Both the position numbers and the translations under genes were made by a program. DNA of 64,000 nucleotides from NCBI GenBank assembly GCA_036771835.1, contig DAIPGN010000007.1:17408-81407 (forward strand), written 5' to 3'. Below the pieces are notes generated by a model. The model made no database searches. It had not been told where the DNA came from and saw only the letters and a program-made list of their open reading frames with translations. Of the stretch, positions 8,111 through 16,641 are shown piece by piece (position 1 is the first letter of the stretch; every line of letters begins with the position of its first letter). Source of the stretch: Thermoanaerobacterales bacterium. GTDB lineage: Bacteria > Bacillota > Thermoanaerobacteria > Thermoanaerobacterales > UBA4877.

Positions 8111-8797
8111 ATGGCCTTTGCAAAAAAGCAGGTGGGAGAATTCCAGATTGGGCCGGGTCCCATTGAACCGGGACGTATTCCCAATCCTATTGAGATCGCC
8201 TGCATAATAACCGATAAAGTGTATGATGCATGTTCACAGAGGGTATGCCTTGACTCAATTTCACCTGTTTCATTCTGCCCGAGGATACCGACACCCATCG
8301 AATTTGACGGCTGTCAGGATTTCCGTATCACCGTGCCCGAAGGATTTACGGTGTCCCCTATTCCTGACAGGGAGGGTTTTGCAAGAGTAAGAGGCACCTT
8401 TAAGGTGTGCTTCAATGCAATATTGAGGAGCACTGGGACCAATAATACACAGTTAGTGCCGGTAATAACGACTTTTGATAAAGATGTAATATTATATATA
8501 CCGCAGCCCTGTCCGGAAAATATAAGGTTTGAAGCTGTAGCCGAGTGCTTGTTCGGAAGGGTCAATGCAAACAACACGCTTGATGTGATCGTTGGAGTGT
8601 ATGTCATTCTGAAGGCGGCTATAACGGTACAGTTAATGGTACCGGCTTATGGATTCTGTCCTACACCGCCGGAGTGCGAAGAATTCCCGACCAATGTATG
8701 CGAAGAATTTATGACCAGCCCATTCCCTGAATTTTTCCCTCCGCAGCTTTTTGACATCGATCCGCCCTATGACCCGGGCTGCCCGCACTGCGAATAA
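8111..8797 (+). CDS. Hypothetical cysteine-rich protein (13 Cys in 228 aa, Pro/Phe/Glu-rich tail ending GCPHCE)
   Basis: A strong SD (GGGAGG) lies 9 nt upstream of the ATG, and the gene has its own downstream hairpin. There is no signal peptide or TM segment. I recognise no family. Confidence 0.7.
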   Translation: MAFAKKQVGEFQIGPGPIEPGRIPNPIEIACIITDKVYDACSQRVCLDSISPVSFCPRIPTPIEFDGCQDFRITVPEGFTVSPIPDREGFARVRGTFKVCFNAILRSTGTNNTQLVPVITTFDKDVILYIPQPCPENIRFEAVAECLFGRVNANNTLDVIVGVYVILKAAITVQLMVPAYGFCPTPPECEEFPTNVCEEFMTSPFPEFFPPQLFDIDPPYDPGCPHCE

Positions 8798-8806
8798 TAC
8801 CGAAAT

Positions 8807-8839
8807 AACCAGCGACTGCGATGTTGCTGGTTGCTTTTT
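8807..8839 (+). terminator. Hairpin plus T-tract after the Cys-rich gene
   Basis: The stem aaccagc / gctggtt has a 12-nt loop and is followed by gcttttt. The large loop keeps confidence moderate. Confidence 0.45.
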
Positions 8840-9937
8840 ATGAAATACCTATTGGTAACATTTATTGACATGGAGAAGCCGCTCAGGCAGAGGCCGCATT
8901 ATTTGGCCGATTATCTGAAGAATGAGGGACTTCTCCATGTATTATCCATAAAATATGGCAGGCAGGTCGGACATAGGGAGATAGTAGATCGCGGCGATTA
9001 TATCAATACGATTATAGAGTGCCGTTTTACAGACCTCTTTAATGAAAACTTTTTATATGAGCAGTTTAGGCCGGATAATTTTTACGATGTGGTCATTTGC
9101 GAGGGGCCGTGGGCAGGTTATTTGGGCATGAAACTTAAGGATAAAGGCCGGGCCGGGCTGTATGTATATGAAGATATAGACTACTTTCCGGCATTTTTTC
9201 AATATGACTTTGTTTACGAGACAGTCAGGGGTATGGAGGACCGCTGTATGGCAAAGGCAGACCTCATATTTACGGTCAGCAAAACGTTAAAGCAGTTCAG
9301 AGACGGCTATTTGGACAGCAGTAAAATATTCATAAGTCCCAACGGGATAGATAAGATATACGCGTCGCAAGGAGTCAGAGAAGATAATATCATATATGCC
9401 GGAACACTGGATGAATGGTCGGGTATCGATATGGTCATCAAGGCATACGCTAAAGTGACCGAAAGCGAGGGAAACAGCAAATTTCTCATCTATGGCGGCG
9501 GCAAAATGGTAAATGAATATAGAAATTTGATAAATAGATTAAACATTGCAGACAGGGCATTTATAATGGGCATGATCCCACACCGAACGCTTATCGATAT
9601 ATATAACAGATCGCTCATAGGCGTATGTGTGCTGAAACCCATAGAAGTCGTAAGATATTGCTTTCCGATAAAACTGATTGAATATATGGCCTCCGGGCTG
9701 CCATCCGTTGTGACGGGATACGGCGATATGGACGAGATAATAAATGAATCGGGCTGCGGCATTTCCGTCGACTATGAGGAAGACGAGATAGCGGATGCGC
9801 TGCTGCATCTCATAGGTATGGGTATGGAAGAGAGGGAAAAAATGGCGGATAGAGGCAGGGAATACGCGAAGGATTTTCAATGGAAGGATATATTTAAAGA
9901 CGAGCTCGATATCATAAAAGCTCGTCTATCGGAATAA
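8840..9937 (+). CDS. Glycosyltransferase, GT4 (group 1) family
   Basis: The C-terminal GT-B signature reads FPIKLIEYMASGLPSVVTGYGDMDEII (EX7E-type). The start is uncertain: ATG 8840 abuts the upstream T-tract with no SD, and the track start is TTG 8831. Confidence 0.75.
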   Translation: MKYLLVTFIDMEKPLRQRPHYLADYLKNEGLLHVLSIKYGRQVGHREIVDRGDYINTIIECRFTDLFNENFLYEQFRPDNFYDVVICEGPWAGYLGMKLKDKGRAGLYVYEDIDYFPAFFQYDFVYETVRGMEDRCMAKADLIFTVSKTLKQFRDGYLDSSKIFISPNGIDKIYASQGVREDNIIYAGTLDEWSGIDMVIKAYAKVTESEGNSKFLIYGGGKMVNEYRNLINRLNIADRAFIMGMIPHRTLIDIYNRSLIGVCVLKPIEVVRYCFPIKLIEYMASGLPSVVTGYGDMDEIINESGCGISVDYEEDEIADALLHLIGMGMEEREKMADRGREYAKDFQWKDIFKDELDIIKARLSE

Positions 9938-10721
9938 GGCAGGGTTTACGGTCACTATATGAAGTTATATGGGTAAAGCCGCAATCCGATAAAACAGTCA
10001 GATACTTATGCCTGTCAATGGCAAATTGATCGGGGGTGTGAGAATCGGAGCCCAAGGTGATATATTTGCCGTTTAGCTCTCTGTATCTCTTGAGGATATC
10101 TTCCGACGGCTCGGTATTTCCCAGATCATATCTCGCCGCGGCGATATTTGCCTCCAGTCCTTTGCCTTTATCTACAAGTACGCACAATATCTTATTTATT
10201 ATATCCGAATACTCGTCGAGCGGCATACTTTTGTCATCGTATGGGCAATACCTTCTGATAACGTCAAGGTGGCCCAGACAATCGAAATCATCGAAATGCG
10301 ATATGCATTCATACACCTCGCATAAATATTCGGTAAAAGCCTCTTTTTTACTTCTGCTTTTATAGAAATTCTCTTTGAACAGGTCTATTCTATCTACATA
10401 ATGGATGGACCCCAAAACAAAATCAAAATGCTTATCTTTCAAAAACTCTTCTATTTTATCCAATAAGCGGGATTGGAGACCTATTTCCAATCCTTTTTTC
10501 ATAATGATCTTGTCGCCGTATATCTCTTTGCATCGGGCGTATTCTTCAGTATACTCCGTATAATCAAGATCAAAATCAAAATATTGGCCCGATGGATTGA
10601 GATCACAGTGGTCGGTAAAACAAATCTCCTTCAGACCCATTCCGACGGCCTGTTTGCAGACGCACTCCATGGTTTGTCTCGCATCCTTGGAAAATTGGGT
10701 GTGTATATGATAATCTATCAA
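9912..10721 (-). CDS. PHP-domain histidinol-phosphatase family protein (HisJ/HisK type)
   Basis: The N-terminus MIDYHIHTQFSKDA is followed by later metal-binding His/Asp motifs (FTDHCD, GSIHYV, LGHLD, GSDSH). The TTG start lies 8 nt after GGAGGCG. The 3' end overlaps the GT4 gene 3' end by 26 nt. Confidence 0.8.
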   Translation of the reverse strand: MIDYHIHTQFSKDARQTMECVCKQAVGMGLKEICFTDHCDLNPSGQYFDFDLDYTEYTEEYARCKEIYGDKIIMKKGLEIGLQSRLLDKIEEFLKDKHFDFVLGSIHYVDRIDLFKENFYKSRSKKEAFTEYLCEVYECISHFDDFDCLGHLDVIRRYCPYDDKSMPLDEYSDIINKILCVLVDKGKGLEANIAAARYDLGNTEPSEDILKRYRELNGKYITLGSDSHTPDQFAIDRHKYLTVLSDCGFTHITSYSDRKPCLIPIDELL

Positions 10722-10847
10722 GATATTCGCCTCCGTGGATTATTATAACATACATACCGTGTTCCATATACAAAATTTAGGATACGCTCTTTTAAAAGAT
10801 AGAAATTATGTTAAAATATACTTGATGTTTTTAATACGTAAGGGGGG

Positions 10848-11036
10848 GTGAAAGGTATGGCATATAAAATCAATAATGAAGAATGCATAGGATGCGGCGC
10901 ATGTGAATCCGAGTGCCCGGAGAGTGCCATTTCGGCCACAGAGGATTTCGTATATGTGATCGATTCCGCTAAATGTTCGGAAGACGCAGCATGCGTAAGC
11001 GTGTGTCCGGTCGACTGTATATCGCTTGACAATTAA
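10848..11036 (+). CDS. 2x[4Fe-4S] ferredoxin
   Basis: It is 62 aa with [12 protein letters not shown] and [12 protein letters not shown] cluster motifs. GGGGGGTGA lies upstream. Confidence 0.85.
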   Translation: MKGMAYKINNEECIGCGACESECPESAISATEDFVYVIDSAKCSEDAACVSVCPVDCISLDN

Positions 11037-11062
11037 TTCACCTGCCAGTTTGTCGCAGCCTG

Positions 11063-11084
11063 AAAGCCGCCGTACGGCGGCTTT
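11063..11084. terminator. Bidirectional hairpin terminator
   Basis: The stem-loop is aaagccgcc-gtac-ggcggcttt and lies between two convergent genes. Confidence 0.7.
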
Positions 11085-11095
11085 ATCTTTAGCTC

Positions 11096-12349
11096 TTATT
11101 TTCTGAGGACGTCTTCGGAATATTTATTCCCCGCATTCCAAAGCATATATTCCTTGATTCCGTTATCATTCAGGGCCTTAACCTGTTTCAGCAGATCCTC
11201 GCCTGTATATCTTGGCGTACCAAGAGAAAAATCTTGTATCCATGGCCTTATGACCGCGCTCTTTTCAGCGCCCTCATCCTTTTTAAATGCATCCTTTACG
11301 GCCTTGTCCACAACCTCATAGGGATGCGCGTTGGGATTGCTGAATCCATAATTTCCGGCGTAATAGTGAGAAGGGTATATCATGGGGCTTATATAATCTA
11401 CGATCGGCGATATCTTTTCCCACTTCTGCCCTATGCCCATATCGTCGCTCACACTGGTGGTGAGGCCGAATACATCGGCTGAGATTATTACGTTGTAACC
11501 CTTAAGCTGTTCCCGGGCATAGGATAAAAAATCAGCTATACAATCCTCTTTGGACTTCCCGTCCTGGCCTGGGAAAAAGGCTTCCGCATCCACCCTGGCT
11601 CCGTTTTCCGGGAAACGTACATAATCAAACTGAATCTCCTTAAAACCGTTCAGGGCAGCCTCTTTGGCAATGGCTATATCGTAGTCCCACACCCGCTTGT
11701 CATACGGATTTACCCATGAGACCCCCTTGCGGTCACGCCAGATCCCTCCCGCTTTTTTCCGTATGGATAGGTCAGGCCGATGCTCGGACAGATTTCTGTC
11801 CTTAAAGGTGACTATTCGTGCAATTGGGTATATATTATGGCTGGTAAGCGTATTCATAAATGCATGTACGTCCTTTATACGCACATACTTGTTTGCATCG
11901 ACCTCATTTACGATCTGTATGCCGCTCTTGTAACTCATCAGCCCGTTATCATCTTTTACGTCTATTACCATGGTATTCAGATCGGAATTATCCAGCAGGT
12001 CGACCAGGTGTTCAAAGTGTTCCTTGCTTCCCGCTATATTGCCTGTCACGTAGATGCCCTTGACTACGGGAGGATCAGGTTTTTGGGGTTTTTTCTCCGG
12101 AAGCGGTACGTAGTATTCCTTTAATTCCTCCTTCAGCGCCTTATCCTTCTCAGCCAATTCCTTATTTCTTCGTATCGTTTCATCTCTGCCGGTCTTTTGT
12201 ATGTCCAGCTTTTCCTGCAGAAGTTCTTTGCTTGATAGTTGGTTCTTTATGGAAGCTGCGGTTGAGGAATTTTCTCTGTAAAAAAAGAATATCCCAGATA
12301 CGATCGCTAATAGTATCAAAATTGTGATGATTATGCCTGACCTTTTCAC
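11096..12349 (-). CDS. Membrane-anchored putative glycoside-hydrolase-like TIM-barrel protein (YngK/DUF4015-like)
   Basis: An N-terminal TM anchor is followed by GIYVTG...MVIDVKDDNG...NPYD..VWDY...EIQFDYVRFP, a pattern typical of this family as I recall it. The assignment is from memory of the family only. Confidence 0.55.
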   Translation of the reverse strand: MKRSGIIITILILLAIVSGIFFFYRENSSTAASIKNQLSSKELLQEKLDIQKTGRDETIRRNKELAEKDKALKEELKEYYVPLPEKKPQKPDPPVVKGIYVTGNIAGSKEHFEHLVDLLDNSDLNTMVIDVKDDNGLMSYKSGIQIVNEVDANKYVRIKDVHAFMNTLTSHNIYPIARIVTFKDRNLSEHRPDLSIRKKAGGIWRDRKGVSWVNPYDKRVWDYDIAIAKEAALNGFKEIQFDYVRFPENGARVDAEAFFPGQDGKSKEDCIADFLSYAREQLKGYNVIISADVFGLTTSVSDDMGIGQKWEKISPIVDYISPMIYPSHYYAGNYGFSNPNAHPYEVVDKAVKDAFKKDEGAEKSAVIRPWIQDFSLGTPRYTGEDLLKQVKALNDNGIKEYMLWNAGNKYSEDVLRK

Positions 12350-12491
12350 TTATGTATCCCCCTATCTGTTTTACATATCTATTGTATAGGAAAACCGGGG
12401 TTAAAAAAAGTTAAATTTTGTTTAAGATGCTGGTAATTATTGCATTTTTAAAGTATAATTCTATATAAAGGGTGAAAGGAGGGTTTTGATC

Positions 12492-12818
12492 ATGAAATTA
12501 TTGATTGCGATAGTACAAGATGAAGATGCGGGGGAGCTGATGCAGGAGCTCACGAAGTCCAAGTTCCAGTTTACAAAGCTTGCTACTACCGGCGGGTTTT
12601 TGAGAGCGGGCAATACGACGCTCATGATAGGCTTGGAGGACGAGCGCCTTAAGGAGTGTACGGACTGCATAGACAATATCTGCAAGAGCAGAAAGCAATT
12701 GATAACGCCGCCTATTATGGGCGGAGCCGGCGAGGTTTACCTCTCTTACCCTATGGAAGTGACGATAGGCGGAGCTACGGTATTTGTTCTGGACATGGAG
12801 CAGCTCATAAAGATATAG
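12492..12818 (+). CDS. darA: PII-like cyclic-di-AMP receptor protein DarA (YaaQ family)
   Basis: MKLLIAIVQDEDAGELMQEL...FTKLATTGGFLRAGNTTLMIG...VGGATVFVL aligns closely to B. subtilis YaaQ/DarA as I remember it. AAGGAGGG lies upstream of ATG 12492. Confidence 0.8.
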   Translation: MKLLIAIVQDEDAGELMQELTKSKFQFTKLATTGGFLRAGNTTLMIGLEDERLKECTDCIDNICKSRKQLITPPIMGGAGEVYLSYPMEVTIGGATVFVLDMEQLIKI

Positions 12819-12989
12819 AAATGCGGCATATGCTTTGGGTCGGCATTTAGCTAAAATGGTACCAAGAACTATATTTGGGCGCTGAGAAATCAGTGCCCTT
12901 TTAATATTTGGCTTTTAAAGATTAATATACAAATATATTACAATTTTGTAACATTCAGTGAATGCGAAAATTCTTAATGATATAGTTAT

Positions 12990-13660
12990 TTGTAGAAAAA
13001 GTACCTGCCCGCACATTCTGTGAGAAGCTTATAGGAGCAAATGTAAATTATGAACCCGAGACCAAGGAGGTAACTATAAACTTTGTCGGGGACTCTTTAA
13101 AGATGACCTTGGGATCTACGCAGTACTATGTAAACGGAAGGTATGGCGCTTTAGTACCATACCGGTACTAAAAAACGGAGCGGTATTTATCCCCCTGAAG
13201 ACAATAATTGACGCCTTTCATATTAAATCAGAATGGAATGAAGAGTATAACTATGTCTCGTTGAATGACGACAGGATAATGAAAACTGAGCTAATAGAAC
13301 AAATAAACAAATATTGGATATTATAAAGGGGGAAGGCGATGACCCGGATGCCTTCGTCCCTCTTAACTTCATAATGGAGACCAAGGACTCGGAGGATAGC
13401 TGGTACTGGCATTATGTGACTGAATTAAAGAATGTGACTGGAGAGGATATTCCCGAGGGCAAAGAGGGGATCCAAACAATTTTTGTCTTCGATGGAACAT
13501 AGGGGTGATAGTTTCACGTCTCTATCTATATATGAAAAGAACCCGTCCGTTAAAAAAGATGAAGTAATAACCAAAAAAGCATTTTTCGATTACGTTAGAT
13601 CAAATGGCGGAGACTTAGATTTCATTCTGCTGTTGGGAAGGACATTTTAGATCACTTGAT
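12990..13660 (+). pseudogene. Decayed gene: copper-amine-oxidase-N-terminal-like (stalk) domain fragment plus further disrupted ORF pieces
   Basis: VPARTFCEKLIGANVNYEPETKEVTINFVGDSLKMTLGSTQYYVNG stops at 13168. It resumes in another frame as VLKNGAVFIPLKTIIDAFHIKSEWNEEYNYVSLND. Further short in-frame pieces (13314-13502 and beyond) are broken by stops. There is no credible start or signal peptide. Confidence 0.5.
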
Positions 13661-13887
13661 TTTGGTTTTAAACTTTTTGTTCCCCTCATGGTTTGCTGTT
13701 GATCATAGAGAGGAGCATATTTTTATGCTATAGGATAAAAGGAATGATAAAACTTGATCAAGATGACCTTATAATACCAAAAGATTGATACAGCCAAATG
13801 GACAGATATACAAGTGCCATACCGGTAAAATAAAAAGACCGCGCAAATACATGAGTATAATGCGCGGCCTTGTCTTTTCAGGATATA

Positions 13888-13976
13888 TGGTGCCGAAGGC
13901 GGGAGTCGAACCCGCACAGGGTGTGAGCCCTACTGGATTTTGAGTCCAGCGCGTCTGCCTATTCCACCACTTCGGC
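13888..13976 (-). tRNA. tRNA-Leu (anticodon CAA), class II with long variable arm, CCA encoded
   Basis: The reverse complement is GCCGAAG-TG-GTGGAATAGGCAGACGCG-CTGGA-CTCAAAA-TCCAG-long arm-GCGGGTTCGACTCCCGC-CTTCGGC-A-CCA. Confidence 0.9.
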
Positions 13977-14041
13977 ACGCTACGTATGATATAATATCAT
14001 AAGCGGAGACTATTTTCAAGAAATTTTTAGGAGGCAAGATC

Positions 14042-15193
14042 ATGTTGAAATTTTTAGATGCGGGGGAGTCTCACGGCAGCTGCTATGTGGGCATAATCGA
14101 CGGTATGCCTGCCGGTCTGGAAATAGAGACGGACAGCGTGGACAGGCTGCTCTTTGAAAGGCAGAATGTGTACGGCAGGGGAGGCAGGATGGCGATAGAA
14201 AAGGACAGCTTACTGATCTTGTCCGGGGTAAGAGGAGGTAAGACCACCGGCAGTCCCATAGGACTGATGATCAAAAACAGGGACTATGAGAATTGGAAGG
14301 AATATATGCAAACGATGGTCGGGATAAAAGAGGGGAAAGAGGTCACAGTACCCCGGCCCGGCCATGCCGATCTTGCCGGCATGATGAAATACGGCTGCGA
14401 CGATGCACGGGATATAATCGAGAGGGCAAGCGCGCGGGAGACGGTGATGCGGACCGCCATCGGCGGCATCGCCATGCTGCTTTTAAAAACATTCGGCATC
14501 GCGGTAAGAGCCCATGTGACAAGAATAGGCCGGGCCACCGCGGTCTGCGATAATTTGGATGATGCCTACTGGGCCAGGGTAGAAAATTCGCCCGTACGCT
14601 GCGGGGACGCAAACGCCAAAGGAGAAATGATAGCAGAGATAGACAGAGCGAAAGAGGCGGGAGATACAGTCGGAGGCATCGTACAGACAGCGGTCTTGAA
14701 TGTCCCGGCGGGGCTGGGAAGCCACACTGCTTGGGACGACAGGCTTGATGCCCGCCTTTCCGCGGCATGCATGAGCGTACAGGCCGTAAAGGGCGTGGAA
14801 ATAGGCATGGGATTTGAAGCCGCCGAAAGATACGGAAGCGAGGTCCATGATGAGATCTTTTATGGAGGCGGTAAATTCTACAGGAAGACAAATAATGCGG
14901 GCGGCATAGAGAGCGGCATATCCAACGGCGAAACCATAATAATAAACTGCGCCGTAAAACCCATCCCCACGCTTTCGCAGCCGCTGGCCAGCGTGGACGT
15001 CCGCACCAAGGGCCCGGCCAAGGCGCACTCGGAAAGAAGCGATATATGCGCCGTACCCGCTGCCTCCATAGTACTAGGGGCAGTTGCGGCATGGGAGATA
15101 GCGGCGGCGTTTCTGGACAAATTTGGGGGAGACACTATCGACGAGATAAAAAATGCCTATGGCTACCATATAACCAGGATGGGTAAACTATGA
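14042..15193 (+). CDS. aroC: Chorismate synthase
   Basis: The N-terminus reads LDAGESHG, followed by RPGHAD, SARET and GGISNGE-type motifs. It is 383 aa, and AGGAGG lies upstream. Confidence 0.9.
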   Translation: MLKFLDAGESHGSCYVGIIDGMPAGLEIETDSVDRLLFERQNVYGRGGRMAIEKDSLLILSGVRGGKTTGSPIGLMIKNRDYENWKEYMQTMVGIKEGKEVTVPRPGHADLAGMMKYGCDDARDIIERASARETVMRTAIGGIAMLLLKTFGIAVRAHVTRIGRATAVCDNLDDAYWARVENSPVRCGDANAKGEMIAEIDRAKEAGDTVGGIVQTAVLNVPAGLGSHTAWDDRLDARLSAACMSVQAVKGVEIGMGFEAAERYGSEVHDEIFYGGGKFYRKTNNAGGIESGISNGETIIINCAVKPIPTLSQPLASVDVRTKGPAKAHSERSDICAVPAASIVLGAVAAWEIAAAFLDKFGGDTIDEIKNAYGYHITRMGKL

Positions 15194-15271
15194 TCTTTTA
15201 TCCATAAATAAGGCATAATGACGATCCCCTTTTAATAAGCTTATAATAAATTGCTGTAAAAGGGGATCTAT

Positions 15272-16444
15272 ATGAAAAGGTTACTGCTTTGTATTATGGT
15301 TTTATCGGTCTTTTTTTGTGCCTCCGCTGCCTATGCAGCGCCAGGTGACGGAATCATCATAAATCTTCCCAGCCTAACGCTGACTTTTGATAAGGGGGAT
15401 GTGCACAGGGAGTATCCGGTGGCAATAGGCAAATCCCTTTCCAACACTCCCAAGGGCAGTTATAAGGTGGCGGCCAAGGTAAAGGACCCGACGTGGTATC
15501 CTCCCGACGGAGGCAAAGCGGTGCCGCCGGGGAAAAAGAATCCTTTGGGGCACCGCTGGATAAATTTTTATCCAGGTTACGGCATTCACGGAAATAACAA
15601 TGCGAAGTCCATCGGTACATTGGCCTCGCTGGGTTGCGTGCGCATGTATAACGGCGACGTCGAGGAACTCTTTGATATGGTGTCCGTCGGTACTCCCGTG
15701 CTTATCACATACCAGACTGCAAAGGAGATAACCGACGGTGATAAAAAGATACTGGAGATATATGCCGACGTATATGGACGCGGCGTCAATTCCCAATCAA
15801 GTATAAAGGCAAAACTAAGCGGAATGGGTATAACGACCGGCGAAGAGAAATTTAAATATGTCTTTGCCGGAAATAAAAAGAAGACTGCCTATTATTCCGA
15901 CGGCTGGATATTGACTAAAGGAGACAAATTTTTGTCCGCAGGGTTAGTAAAAGAGAATGATGCTTTGTATATATCTGCCGATGCGGTAAAGAACATCTTT
16001 GGGATCGATTATCTTCTCAATCTGGATACCGGTATCATGAGTATAAATGGAGAAGAAATCGATTTTGTTGACAGAGGCGGAAAATATATTGATCTTGACT
16101 GCCTGCTCAATATACTTAAACTGGGCTATGACATAGACGCCGGGGCACAGAGGGTGGACATCAGAGGCAGTATGATCTTTCTCAATGGGAAATTCATCGG
16201 GAAGACTAATTATGCCAATTATGACAGCCGGGAGATAAAATTGCCGCTGAAGACCGTCGCGGAGCAATTTGGGAATAAGGTGGGATGGGATGCTGCGACA
16301 AACGAGGTGAGCATTGACGATAAGGCCGTGCCTGCAGCGGTCTTAAACGGGGTCTCATATATGGGTATTAAAGAGCTTGCCGGTATGTTCAAATTTGACT
16401 ATGAAATTGATTCACGATATGGTATTATACAAATTAAGCGATAG
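15272..16444 (+). CDS. L,D-transpeptidase (YkuD domain) with C-terminal copper-amine-oxidase-N-like domains
   Basis: It has a signal peptide and the catalytic motif HGNNNAKSIGTLASLGCVRM. C-terminal stalk-domain-like repeats are present (LPLKTVAEQFGNKVGWDAATNEVSI). Confidence 0.85.
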   Translation: MKRLLLCIMVLSVFFCASAAYAAPGDGIIINLPSLTLTFDKGDVHREYPVAIGKSLSNTPKGSYKVAAKVKDPTWYPPDGGKAVPPGKKNPLGHRWINFYPGYGIHGNNNAKSIGTLASLGCVRMYNGDVEELFDMVSVGTPVLITYQTAKEITDGDKKILEIYADVYGRGVNSQSSIKAKLSGMGITTGEEKFKYVFAGNKKKTAYYSDGWILTKGDKFLSAGLVKENDALYISADAVKNIFGIDYLLNLDTGIMSINGEEIDFVDRGGKYIDLDCLLNILKLGYDIDAGAQRVDIRGSMIFLNGKFIGKTNYANYDSREIKLPLKTVAEQFGNKVGWDAATNEVSIDDKAVPAAVLNGVSYMGIKELAGMFKFDYEIDSRYGIIQIKR

Positions 16445-16510
16445 TTCATAGTATGGACAAATTAAGCGATGGCTCGTAGTATGGACAAATTGGCAGACCG
16501 TGACAAATTG
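16421..16510 (+). repeat. Three imperfect ~28-bp direct repeats spanning the stop codon of the L,D-transpeptidase gene
   Basis: acaaattaagcgat occurs at 16429 and 16457. tagtatggacaaatt occurs at 16449 and 16477. A partial gtgacaaatt lies at 16500. Confidence 0.75.
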
Positions 16511-16572
16511 CGCAAGTCAAGGCGGCAAGCAAAATTGCTATGCAATTTCGCGTTGCGCGAGACATCGGCCTG

Positions 16573-16598
16573 AAGCGGGTGATACCGCTTATTTTTAT
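16573..16598 (+). terminator. Rho-independent terminator
   Basis: The stem-loop aagcgg-gtgata-ccgctt is followed by atttttat. Confidence 0.7.
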
Positions 16599-16641
16599 AG
16601 TATAATAGAAATAATAATAAGATTATGGGTGGTGAAAACCA

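Noticed and set aside
14343-15092. 249-aa and 181-aa minus-strand ORFs plus an 86-aa alternative-frame ORF overlapping aroC
   Set aside because: All overlap a full-length chorismate synthase. Their Arg/Pro/Cys-rich translations are typical of out-of-frame reading of GC-rich codons.
16421-16510. Possible mini-CRISPR array (28-bp period repeats)
   Set aside because: There are only about three imperfect, directly abutting copies with no spacers. One copy is part of a coding sequence, and there are no cas genes in the window.
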